In this document: piece after piece, positions 27,683-41,951 of the stretch
How positions within the stretch are numbered: position 1 is the stretch's first letter
How the letters are laid out: every line of letters starts with the position of its first letter
Assembly: GCF_009914755.1 (NCBI RefSeq)
Contig: NC_060935.1
Strand: one strand, 5' to 3'
Source of the DNA: the human T2T-CHM13v2.0 reference genome, Homo sapiens
Length of the DNA stretch: 64,000 nt
Notes under the pieces: generated by a model
Seen by the model: only the letters and a program-made list of their open reading frames with translations
Databases searched by the model: none
What the model was told of the DNA's origin: nothing
Translations under genes and position numbers: made by a program

Positions 27683-28469
27683 CCATTAGGCCTCTATAAT
27701 CTTAATAGTATAAGAGTGCCTGGCACTGCCTTTCCAACATTAAGTATGTTAGGCAATTCCAACAGGTACTTATAGTATAGTATAGCTGCTCTGTATTGAT
27801 GGTGCAAGTCAAGGCCAGATTATTTAAGTGTCTGAAAATAAGATAAAATTATCCTTTTGTTAATGCTTAAGCACTTCAATTGCTCAACTACCTAGAGACC
27901 GAATCACTTTACCATGAATATAGTCGACAGAACTGCTTCCAGGTAAAGCTAATGTGTTCTGTACACATACAATATACTCCCCAAAAAGGATACATTTTCT
28001 TGTTTGCAGTACCTGTCAATATATGCTTCCTGCAAAGTACGTCTTCAACAAGCTAACTAAATGAACTGCTACACAGGGTTAAATGTAGGTCTAGATCTCC
28101 CAAATCCAATGATTTTAATATTGTCATTGTCTGAATCAAGAATGATGTTATCTGCAGTAATTATCCTGTTCGTTTAGCAATTAAAAATGCTAGTAAAACA
28201 GTTTTGCAATATGTATCAAGATTTTTGAAAATCTTTACACCTTTGGAGTCAGTGTAAAAGCTTAATTTAAAGAGGATGCCTAGAAAATAGTGTGAAATAT
28301 AAACAAATATTTTTATATAAAATATGAATTATGCTATTAGTAATTAGTTCAAAGAGTGAACAAATAGAAGTAAACAAGTATTTAGCATAAGGTGTAATTA
28401 AGTAAAATAGGATACCCAAATAATGGAATATTGTGTGGTTATTATACCCATCCAAAAGAAAAATGAAAT

Positions 28470-28497
28470 TATATATAGTATATATATACATATACAA

Positions 28498-28528
<31 letters not shown>

Positions 28529-28641
28529 AAATATTCCATTATTTGGGTGGTTATAACCACCCAATATTCCAATAACCAAACAATATCCCATTATTTGGGT
28601 ATCCTATTTTACTTAACATATATATATATATATATATATAT
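28470..28641. repeat. (TA)n/(CA)n microsatellite split by a templated inverted insertion
   Basis: (TA)n at ~28510-28528 and 28618-28641 flanking 28530-28616. Confidence 0.9.
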
Positions 28642-29144
28642 GTCAAATGTGACCTCATTATATAAAATATCCTAAGTATTTAGCCAGCGTTAATAGTGGT
28701 TGTCTTGAGTAGCGGAACTTAAGGATAATTTTTTTCCCATGCTATATTTTTTTGTATAAATTTCCAAACTTTCCATAGTTTTTGTTTTATAATGAAATGT
28801 CCCTATTGCTGTTTTTCCTAAAACAAACAAAAAAAAATTGCTGACACAATAAATTTAAGCAACATAAACACCTAAGGAAAAAGGTGAAATTCATCTCCTT
28901 ATGCCCCGAGAAACCACCACCATTTTGGTGACCGTTCTTATATGCATCATCTTTTTAAAAAATATTGACATATACTATACACTTTTACAATAAAGGTATT
29001 TACATTGCTTTATGGTGCTCAACTTTATTCAATTTTTTTTCTCCTTACCTCTCCCCTTACATTTATTCTTCCACATCTTCATGTAATTTAACCAACTCCC
29101 CATGTAACCACCTAATATATAAATTTACAAATGCACACTCATAA

Positions 29145-29290
29145 GAATATATATGTAGGCTTGTGTTTATGTATGTATACATATATGGATATGTATATTT
29201 GTGTATAGTAGATGATATGCATACATATCCATATATACATATATATGTGTTATATATACATATGTACATTACATATGTACATATATGTAT
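29145..29290. repeat. Degenerate TA/TATG low-complexity repeat
   Basis: Alternating purine-pyrimidine atatatgt/atacatat units. Confidence 0.8.
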
Positions 29291-29299
29291 GAATAAATA

Positions 29300-29378
29300 T
29301 AAAATTATAGAAATCATTTGAAATTGTCAATTTTCAACTGCTTTGACTTACAAACATCTCAATTTCATAGGATATATT
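29300..29378. mobile_element. MADE2-like mariner MITE
   Basis: catttgaaattgtc...tttgacttacaaa...caatttcatag: gaaattg/caatttc inverted repeats, ~80 bp. Confidence 0.6.
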
Positions 29379-30849
29379 CTCCAAATCAACAGACTGATTT
29401 GTTTTGATGGTATTAAATGATTTCAGAAATATGACTCCTTACATGCAGTTAGTACACATGTCTTCCATGGAGAGGAAACAAAAAAGCAAGTAGATAGTCA
29501 CAGTTCACATAGATTTCCTAGGAGAGAACACTGGAATATAACCAAGAAGTGACCAGAAACACTGAAAGCAAAGGAGAGGGAAATAGGCAGGCTGGTTGGC
29601 CAGGACTGACTAGGAACTGGGAGAAGCTCCTGGACATAAGGAAAGGGTGAGTGAGTGACGTCAGGGTTTCATATACTTGCCATGTATAATCCTAGCCATG
29701 GAAAAGCTCCTCAAGCCTCACAGCCTTGAGACTAATATAGGCAGCTGCCTAGTGATTGTGCCAAGCTTCAGAAAAGGAATTCACACAGTCCCACAGATTT
29801 CCAAACCCTGAGCAGCTGCAACATAGTGCCATTCTGAGAGCTCAGCCCTCAAAGACTACCAAGGAGAAAGAGGGGAAGCCAGGCACTTTCATCCACCCTA
29901 AAGACAAATCTCACCTCTCCCACTGCTGTGAGCTGTTGTGGGACCAAGATGTGAGGAAATCACAGGCCCCATAGCTGTCTGCCTATTCTCCTCCCACTGA
30001 GAGTGGCCCCCATCCTCCTCAGTGGCAGGCCTCCAATCCTGCACCAGTCCAAGTTCACAGCCCTTAGAGGACTGTGTCCTCCACTGGGTTCAACACTGCT
30101 GTTGCCACTGCCAGACCAGGAAGGGAGAAGGGAAGCTAGGCAATGTCGTACATTCCAAGTACAAATACTACCGCCTCTGCTTGCGAGCTGCTGTAGGACC
30201 GAGGTGGGAGAAAATCACAAGTTCTACAAATGCCTGCTTAAGCTGCTCCCACTGAGAGTGGCCCCACCCTCCCTGGAGGCCAGTCTGCAGCACAGTCACC
30301 ACTGCACCCACCTGAACATTCTGCCAATAATCTGGGGACCATCCCACTCCTGCCTATTACAGACAGTGCCAGAACATCCTACCAGAAGGCCTGAGGACAA
30401 GCCTGCTGTCCTGGTCCCACCCCCACAATACTTAAGCATGACATCCAGGCGCCTGCAGATTGCCCAGCCCAATCCACATGTGTTGGCACCTAAACACTTT
30501 TCCCAGGGTTTGAGGTTATGCCAACCCAACTGCTGATACTGCCACAGCTAGTACCTACCTGTACAAGCCACTTGCAGGCCACAGGGATGCCCTGACCAGC
30601 CCATCACAGCCACTGCCAACATCACCGTGGACCACTGGGGTTCCGGTGGGTTGCCTCACCACTACTTCTGCCATTGCCCACAAAATACCCATAGACCAGG
30701 GGCCCTAAAACCCACCCAAATTTCTGGACCATTCCTGATACTACCAACATCCAAGCAAGCTACCTGGAAGCCCAAGAATCAACCTGCCTGGACTTACGAA
30801 CACTAGACTCACCATACACCACTCTGGAGCTCACAGACAGGCATGCTCA

Positions 30850-31122
30850 GCTGACTGCTGCCACCACAGGGACCCGAAGACTGGCCCACCTGGTATCCTA
30901 GTCCTCAGCAAAACTTCACCACAGCCTCCACTAGTAACCATACCCTAAGCCACTGAGGAAATTGCAGATATCACCAATGCTGCTTATAGGCCAGGAAATC
31001 ATACAAAGACTGAACTACTGCACAAATCCAGAATCAAAGCTGAAGGCCCCACCCACCAACAACATATCTACATCTTCAGCAAAAAGCCTTCTCCTATGAA
31101 AGCAAGTTCAAAAAAATAGAAG
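30850..31122 (+). repeat. Inverted repeat arm A (donor, L1 5'UTR)
   Basis: Exact reverse complement of 32936-33208, checked base by base. Confidence 0.97.
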
Positions 31123-32935
31123 TGACTGTTATACAAGCTATGCAGATGTCAGCATAAGGAAACCAAAAACATGGAAAAGAAAGGAAATATGACACTTGGA
31201 AAGAGACACAGTAATTCTCTGGCAATGGATCCCAATCAGAAATTCATAAAATTTTGGATAAAGAATTCAAAATACTGATTTTAAAGAAGCCCAAATGAGA
31301 CACAAGAGAATTCTGAAAAATGATACAGAGAATATAAAAAACAATTCAGGATATGAATTTAAAAATTACCAAAGGGATGGATATTTTTAAAAAGAAGCAG
31401 AAATCTTGGAACTGAAGAAATCATTGAATGAAATAAATACATTTGGAAACTTTGATAATAGTCTAGATCAAGCAGAAGAAAGAATCTCAATAGTTGAAGA
31501 CAAGTCTTTTGAAATAATCTAGTCAGACAAAAATAAAAAGGCCTAGAAAAGAATGAACAAAGACTTTGTGGTGTTTGGGACACCATAAACCAACTGATTA
31601 TTGAAATTATCAATGTCTCCATGGACAAAGAGATAATGAAGGGGTTCCAAAACCTATTAATGAAATAATGGATGGAAACCACAAGTCAGGCAAAAGATTT
31701 AGATATCCAGATATAGGAAGATCAAAGATCACCAAACTGACAAAACTCCGTAAAGGTCTTCTCTGTGACACATTATAGTCAAACTGTCTAAAGCCAAAGA
31801 AAAAGAGAGTTCTAAAAACAGCAAGAGAAAAGCATCTAGTCACCTATAGAGGAACCACCATCAGACTAACTGGGGATTTCTCAGCACAATGCAGGAGAGA
31901 ATGAGATGACATATTCAATGTGCTGAAAGAAAAAACTGACAGAGAAGGATAATATATCCAGTAAAATTACCCTTCATAAGTGAGGGATAAAGTCTTTCCC
32001 AGAGAAGCAAATGCTTAGGGAATTTATCACCACAAGATGAGCCCTACTAAAATTGATTAAGGGAGCCCTACACCTGGAAGCAAAAAAACAACATTTACCA
32101 ACATGAAAACTCATAAAACTGTAATACTGACAGGTAAACCATACACACAAATGAGAAAGAGGAAGGGCTCAAGTGGTTCCACTACAGAAAATCACCAAAT
32201 CACAATGACAAATAATAAGATAAAAAGAAATGAACAAAGAACATACAAACAACCAGAAAACAATGAACAATATGACAAAAACCCTGACAGATCATTAATA
32301 ACCTCGAATTTAAATGGATTAAATTCTGCACTTAAAATATATAGATTGGCTGAATGGATTTTAAAAAGCTATAATCCAACTATATGCTACCTATTAGAAA
32401 TGCACTTTACCTGTAAGGACACAAGTAAACTGAAAATAAAAGGATCAAAAAAGATATTCCACTCAAACAGAAGCTAACAACCGGGAGGAGTAGCTATACT
32501 TATTTCAGATAAAACAGACTTTACATCAAAAACAATGTAAAAAAGACAGAGAATATCATTACATAATGATAAAAGAATCAATGCAAAAATAGAACATAAC
32601 AATTCTAAATATATATACATACAACACTGGAACACCCAGATTCATAAAGCAAATATTACTAGATCTAAAGAGAGAAACTGACTTCAATTCAGAAATACTT
32701 TAAAAGCCTATTCTCACCATTAGACAGATTCTCTAGACAGAAAATTGACAATGAAATCATGGATTTAAATTGGACTTTAGACCAAGTGGATCTGACAGAC
32801 ATTTACAGAACATTTTATTGAACAACTACAGAGTATACATTCGTCTCATTAACAAATAGAACATTCTCCAGGATAGACCGTATGTTAGGCAACACAAAAA
32901 TTCTCAACCAATTAAAAAAAAAAAGAAATAAACTT

Positions 32936-33208
32936 CTTCTATTTTTTTGAACTTGCTTTCATAGGAGAAGGCTTTTTGCTGAAGATGTAGATATGTTGTT
33001 GGTGGGTGGGGCCTTCAGCTTTGATTCTGGATTTGTGCAGTAGTTCAGTCTTTGTATGATTTCCTGGCCTATAAGCAGCATTGGTGATATCTGCAATTTC
33101 CTCAGTGGCTTAGGGTATGGTTACTAGTGGAGGCTGTGGTGAAGTTTTGCTGAGGACTAGGATACCAGGTGGGCCAGTCTTCGGGTCCCTGTGGTGGCAG
33201 CAGTCAGC
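32936..33208 (-). repeat. Inverted repeat arm B (inserted copy within L1 ORF2)
   Basis: 273/273 identity to 30850-31122 in reverse orientation; ORF2 resumes at cagaccacagtgg. Confidence 0.97.
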
Positions 33209-33995
33209 AGACCACAGTGGAAGAAAACTAGAAATCAATACCAAGAGGAACTTTGAAAACTATACAAATACAAAGAAATTAAACAACGTATTCCTAAACA
33301 ACCATTGGGTCAATGAAGAAATTAAGATGGAAATCAAAAAATGCCTTTAAAACGTGACAATGGGAAAATAACATACCAAAACCTGTGGGATACAGCAAAG
33401 GCAGTGCTAAGAGAAAATTATATAGCAATAAATGCCTACATCAAAAAAAAAGAAAGATTTCAAATAATAACCTAATGATGCACCTTAAGGAACTGGAAAA
33501 GCAAGAACACACCAAGCACAAAATTAGCAGAAGGAAATTAGATCATTTAAATAATAAAGATCAGAGAAGAACTAAATGAAATACAGACTTAAATATAAAG
33601 AATCAATGAATAGCTCGTTCTTTAAAAAGGAACAAAATTGAAAAACCACTCACTAGACTAACCAAGAGAAGAGAAAATCCAAAGAAAAAAAATCAGAAAT
33701 GAAAAAGGAGACTTTACAAGTGATAGCACAGAAATACAAAAGATCATCAAAGACTATTGTGAACAGTTATACACTAACAAACCCCAAAACATAGAGGAAA
33801 TGGATAAATTCCTGGAAACATACAACCTACCAAGACTGAATGAGGAAGAAATAGAAACCTGAACAGACCAATAATGAGTAGTCAGATTGAATCAGTAATA
33901 TAAAGTCTCCTAACAAAAGCCCAGGACCTGGTGGATTCACAGCTGAAGTCTGCTAAATGTGTAGAGAACTAACACCAATCTTCCTGAAAGTATTT

Positions 33996-33996
<1 letters not shown>

Positions 33997-34037
<41 letters not shown>
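33997..34037 (+). repeat. Pure A41 mononucleotide run
   Basis: 41 uninterrupted A inside L1 ORF2. Confidence 0.95.
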
Positions 34038-34038
<1 letters not shown>

Positions 34039-35749
34039 AGAAGAAAAGGGAACTCTCCCTAACTTGTTATCTGAGGCCAACATTACCCTGATATCAAAAC
34101 CAGACAAGGATACATCCAAAAAAGAAAACTATAGGCCAATATCCCTGATGAAATTAGATGTAAAAATCTTCCACAGAATAATACTAGCAAGCTGAATCCA
34201 ACAGTACGTGAAAAGGAAAATACACCATGACCAAGTGGGATTTACACCAGGACTGCAAGGATGATTCAACATATGCAAATCAATAAACATGTTACATCAC
34301 ATCAGCAGAATGAAGGACAAAAACCAAATGATCATCTCAATAGACACAGAAAAATCATTTGATAAAATGTAACATCCCTTTGTGATAAAAACTCTCAACA
34401 TCTAGGAATAGAAGGAACATACCTCAAAATAATCATGCCATATATGACAAACCCACAGCTGACTTACATCATAGTGAGTGGGGAAAAGCTGAAAATTTTT
34501 CTTCCGAGATCTGTAACAAGACAAAGATGCCCACTTACATCAATCCTATTTATCATAGTACTGGGAGCCCTCAGCAAAACAATCAGACAAGAAAAAGAAA
34601 AAAAATATCCACATCAGAAGAGAGGAAGTCAGATTTTCTCTGTCTGCTGATAAGATCTAACATCTAGAAAAACCTAAAGACACCACAAAAAAATCTCCTA
34701 CATTTGATATATTCAGTAAAGCTGTAGGAGAGAAAATTAATATACAAAAATCAGTAGCATTTCTATACAACAATGATGAACTAGCAGAGGAAAAAAATCA
34801 AGAAAGCAATTTTATTTACAATAGCTCCAAAAAATATATACTCAGGAATTAATTTTACCAATGAGGAAAAGATATCTGTAAGGAAAACTGCGAAACACTG
34901 ATGAAAGAAATTGAAGAGGACACAAACAAATTGAAAGACATTACATGCTTATAGATCAGAAGAATTAATATTATTATAATGGCCATACTGTCCAAAGAAA
35001 TATACAGATTCAATTCAATCCCTATCGAAATACCAATGTCATTTTTCACAGAATTCAAAAAATCAATTCTAAAATGTGTATGGAACCAAAAAAAAAAAAA
35101 AAAAAGCCAGAATAGCCAAAGCAACCTTGAACAAAAAGAACAAAGCTAGAAGCATCACACTACCTAACTTCAAAATATATTACAAGGCTATAGTAACCAA
35201 AACAGCATGGTTTTGTTGTAAACACAGACACATAGGACAATGGAACAGAATAGAAAGGCCAGAAATAAATCCATGTATTTACAGCCAACTGATTTTTAAT
35301 AAAGGCACCAAGAATATATACTGAGGAAAGAACACGGTCCTCAATAAATGGTGCTGGGAAAATTGGATATCCATATGCAAAAGAATGAAACTAGATACCC
35401 ATTTCACCCCACATACAAAAATAAACTCAAGATCAATTAAGGACTTAAACATAAGACCTGAAACTATAAAACTGCTATAAAAAACATAAGGAAAACACAT
35501 CAAAATGTCAGTCTAAGAAAAGATTTCATGGCTAAGACCGCAACAGCACAGACAACTATAACAAAAATAGACAAATGGGACTATGTTAAACTGAAAAGCT
35601 TCTATACAGCAAAAGAAACAATCAACAGAGTGAAAGACAATCTGTTGAATGGGAGAAACTATTTGCAAACTGTCTATCCAAGGGACTAACATTCAGAATA
35701 TTCAAGGAACTCAAACAACTCAACAATAATATAACAAATAGTCCCATTA

Positions 35750-37540
<1,791 letters not shown>

Positions 37541-39624
37541 AAGTTGGCTAAGCCCATAATAGACATTTCTCAAAAGAAGACATACAAATGGCCAAGAGAT
37601 GTATGAAAAAATGCTCAATATCACTAAGCATCATGAAATGAAAATCAAAATCACAATAAAGTGTCATCTTATCTTACTCCAGTTAGAATGGCTATTATTA
37701 AAAAGACAAAAAGCAACAGATGATAGTGAGTATGCAGAGAAAAGGGAACTCATACACTGTGGGTGGGAATGTAAATTAGTAAAACCACTATGGAGAACAG
37801 TACACTTTCCTCAAAAACCTAAAAGCAGAACCACCATATGATACAGCCAGCCCACTACGGGGTATTTATCCAAAAGAAAATAAATCAGGATATCAAAAAG
37901 ATACCTACATGTGCATATTTAGCACTTAACTATTCACAATAGCAAAGATAGGGAATCAACCTAAGTGTCCATTGACAGACAAATGAATAAAGTAAATGTG
38001 GCATGTATACACTATGAAGTACTATTTCTCCATAGAAAAGAATGAAATCATGTAATTTGAAACAACATGGATGGAACTGTAGGTCATTATGTTAAGTGAG
38101 ACAAGCCAGGCACAGAAAATTAGATACCACATATTCTCACTTATGTGTAGGAGCTAAAAAAAAAAAATTGATCTTCTGGAGATAGAGTATAGAATGATAG
38201 ATACTAGAGGATGTGAAGTGTCTATGGGTGGGATGGGGAGCAGATTAAGAAAGGTTGATTAGTGAATACAAACATATAGTTACGTAGAAGAAATATGCCC
38301 CAATATTTGACAGCAGATAGGGTGACTATAGTTAGCAAGAATGTATTATGTATTTAAAAGAAGTTTGAAGAGAGGACTTGAAATGTTACCAACATAAAGA
38401 AATGACAAATAGTGTAGGTGATAGATACCACAAATATTCTAACTTGATCATTATACATTCTATGCATGTAACAAACATTCACTCATACCCTATAAATATG
38501 TAAAATATTTTGTATCAGTAAAATATTGATATGCCGTGGTGTGGATCTATCACAATTTACTCCTTTCCCTTATTAATAGGCATTCACTTTTTATTTTTTT
38601 CTCAGCACAAACAACACCCCAATAATCATTGTTGTACATATATTTTTCATAACCAGTGTTTCTATAGCTAAGCAATATATTTTCAGGTGTGTGATATTGA
38701 TTTTTACCAAAGCCATTTACATATAGTATTAACAAAAATGTATTTAATAATTTTTAGTAGGTAGGTCTTGGCACGTTAAGTAGTGATCTAATGTTTCTAT
38801 TTTACAAAAAATTTTTGTTTGGAAGAATTAACAAATTTTATCAAGTGTTTCGTAAACATCTATTGTTTTATAAACTGTTTAATATATTATTCTTTCAAAA
38901 GAGCACTTGTAACGCATAAACACATATTAGGAGACATAAAAATGAACACTCACTAACAAGTCATCCAATTTCAAAATAAAAGAAATTACTCATAATTTTG
39001 AAGTTATCCTAGTGCTACTCCCTTATTTCATCCCCTTTTGTCACTTATCCTTGGAGGCAAAATTTTTCCAGAATTGCATATTTATTATTCCTTCACATTT
39101 TAAAATATGTAATTTTAGCACACACATGTGTGTATTTCAACAAATATGTTATAATACATTTTACTATTTTTTGAGCTTTATGAACATGGTATTATACTAT
39201 ATATTTTGGGAAATATATATGTGCGTGACTCATCAACTTATTCTACTCCTAAATGTATACTCAAAAGATATTCATATATATATGAACCAAGAGACATGAG
39301 GATGACATGTATCAACAGTAATTTTTATAACTGCAATAATTTGAAAATAACAAATTGTGAAATATTCATGCAATGTAATATTATACAGTATTGTAAACAA
39401 ATCAACAGTTCAAACAACGTAGATAAATCTTATAAACATTGTTTTCATTGAAAAAAACAAGTCAAAAAAGTTGTTCCTATTGACTTTTCTCCCATCATAC
39501 ATCAATATTTATTCTTTTTTAGAAAAATTAGTGATGTAGAGCCATCTTTTTCATCACTTGATCATCCTACTAGGTTACAGTATGGTTTTTCTCTTGGTAT
39601 TCTTCTGTTTAAAAACTCTCATGA

Positions 39625-40490
39625 ATAGCTTTATTGAGATATATTTCAAATATCATACATTTAACCCATGTAAAACATATAAGTAAATCAGTTTTTCAAA
39701 GATCTTTGCAACCATTGCCAATAGCTAATTTTAAAACATTTCATCACCCACCAAAGAAACTCCGTACTCATTAAGCAATCACTCCGCGTAATCCCTTTCC
39801 CCTAACCACAAGCAACACTAAGCTACTTTCTGTCAGCATGGATTTGCCTATTTTGAATATTTTATATTAATGAAACAATACAATCTATGGCCTTTTGTGT
39901 CTGACATCTTTCACTGAGCGTAGTGTTTTTCAGGTTCACTCATGTTATAGCATGTATCAGTACCTGATTCCTTTTTATGGCCGAATAATATTCTATTTTA
40001 CAGGTACACCACATTTGTTTAAACAGTCATCAGTTTATAGACATTAGGGTTGTTTCTACTTTTTGACTATTATGAGTAAATCCACTACTAATATTATGTA
40101 CCAGTATTTGTTTGAATATATATTTGTAATTCTCTTGGGTGTGTATACTTAGGAGTGGGATTGATGGATCATACCGTAATTCTATTTTTAACTTTCTAAG
40201 AAACTACCAAACAGTTTTGCACAGTGGCTGCATAATTTTACACGCCCACCAGCAATGGATGAGTATTCAAGTTTCTCTACATCCTTACCTATACTTGTTA
40301 TTATCTCACTTTTTGATTCAAGTTGTCCTGGTGGGTATGCTGTGGTACCTCCTTTTATTTTTGATTTGCATTTTCCTGATGACTAATTAAGTTGAATATC
40401 TTTGTATATGCTTATTGGCCATTTGTACATCTTCTTTGGAGAAATGTCTGTTAGATTCTCTGCACATTAAAAACGGGTTGTCTCTTTTCT
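39625..40490 (-). mobile_element. L1MB 3' end
   Basis: atagctttattgagatata...catttcatcaccc...atggatttgcctattttgaatatt...cttattggccatttgtacatcttctttggagaaatgtct. Confidence 0.85.
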
Positions 40491-41013
40491 TGATGTTTCT
40501 GCATACTATATTAATATTTTATTTAGAATTATAAATATATTGTCATATATGAGCTGCTCTGTGACTTTGTTGTCTATTATCTGTACCAAGTGGGTCCACT
40601 TTAAAAATAATTTAGAACTTGTTATTGCTTTCTATTTTGAAAATGTGTAAGTTATATTAATTGCTTTTCAAAATTTAGACTTGGCTATAAGGTCACGTGA
40701 CCCTGAAGACCTTGAAAATGATAGATTAATTTTTCATTTTTGAGCTTTTTTATGATTATGTGTCCTTCTCAAAATTTGTACTTCTTATATGCACAGTTGT
40801 AGTAATTTATATTTTTTGAAAAACTATACATTTCCCTTAGGTTTAGAAGCCAGTTACCACATATTATCATTGCATTCCCATATAATTATTTTAATCTTTT
40901 AATGTCTATAATTATGTTTCTTTTTCTATTTCTTGTTTAACAGATTTTTGCTCCTCCTTTGCATTTCTTAATTATTCTTATAGGAGTTTCTTTTTTCAAT
41001 AGGTACAATTTAA

Positions 41014-41334
<321 letters not shown>

Positions 41335-41443
41335 TGTTCTTTTCTTTGTATTTCTACTTTATACATTTTAGCTTTCAAATTTATTCTCTCCCTACTTTCT
41401 TGTTTCATTTCAAATTGTTTTTAACTTATTAAGAAGTAAACCA

Positions 41444-41951
41444 TTCCTGTGTCTAAGCGTTCTCATTGTTCAATTCCCACCTATGAGTGAGGACATGCAG
41501 TGTTTGGTTTTTTTGTCCTTGCAATAGTTTGCTGAGAATGATGGTTTCCAGCTTCATCTATGTCCCTACAAAGGACATGAACTCATCATTTTTTATGGCT
41601 GCATAGTATTCCATGGTGTATATGTGCCACATTTTCTTAATCCAGTCTATCATTGTTGGACATTTTGGGTTGCTTCCAAGTCTTTGCTATTGTGAATAGT
41701 GCCGCAATAAGCATACGTGTGCATGTGTCTTTATAGCAGCATGATTTATAATCCTTTGGGTATATACCCAGTAATGGGATGGCTGGGGTGGGGGGAGGGG
41801 GGAGGGATAGCATTAGGAGATATACCTAATGTAAATGACGAGTTAATGGGTGAAGCACACCAACATGGCACATGTATACATATGTAACAAACCTGCACGT
41901 TGTGCACATGTACCCTAGAACTTGAAGTATAGTTACAAAAAATATTTTTAA
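41444..41951 (+). mobile_element. Short 5'-inverted L1PA5-like element (41444-41787 antisense, 41784-41951 sense)
   Basis: Antisense 3'UTR/ORF2 end joined through shared tggg to the sense G-rich 3' end; TSD aagaagtaaacca (41431-41443) / aaaaagtagacca (41952-41964); TT/AAGA site. Confidence 0.93.

Noticed and set aside
29991-30272. Direct repeat ctcccactgagagtggcccc occurring twice, ~255 bp apart (superficially CRISPR-like)
   Set aside because: Only two copies, inside an L1 5'UTR where tandem subrepeats are normal; eukaryotic context with no cas genes.
30003-30536. 177-aa Pro/Leu-rich ORF
   Set aside because: Lies in the C-rich L1 5'UTR, where stop codons are scarce; no recognisable domain.
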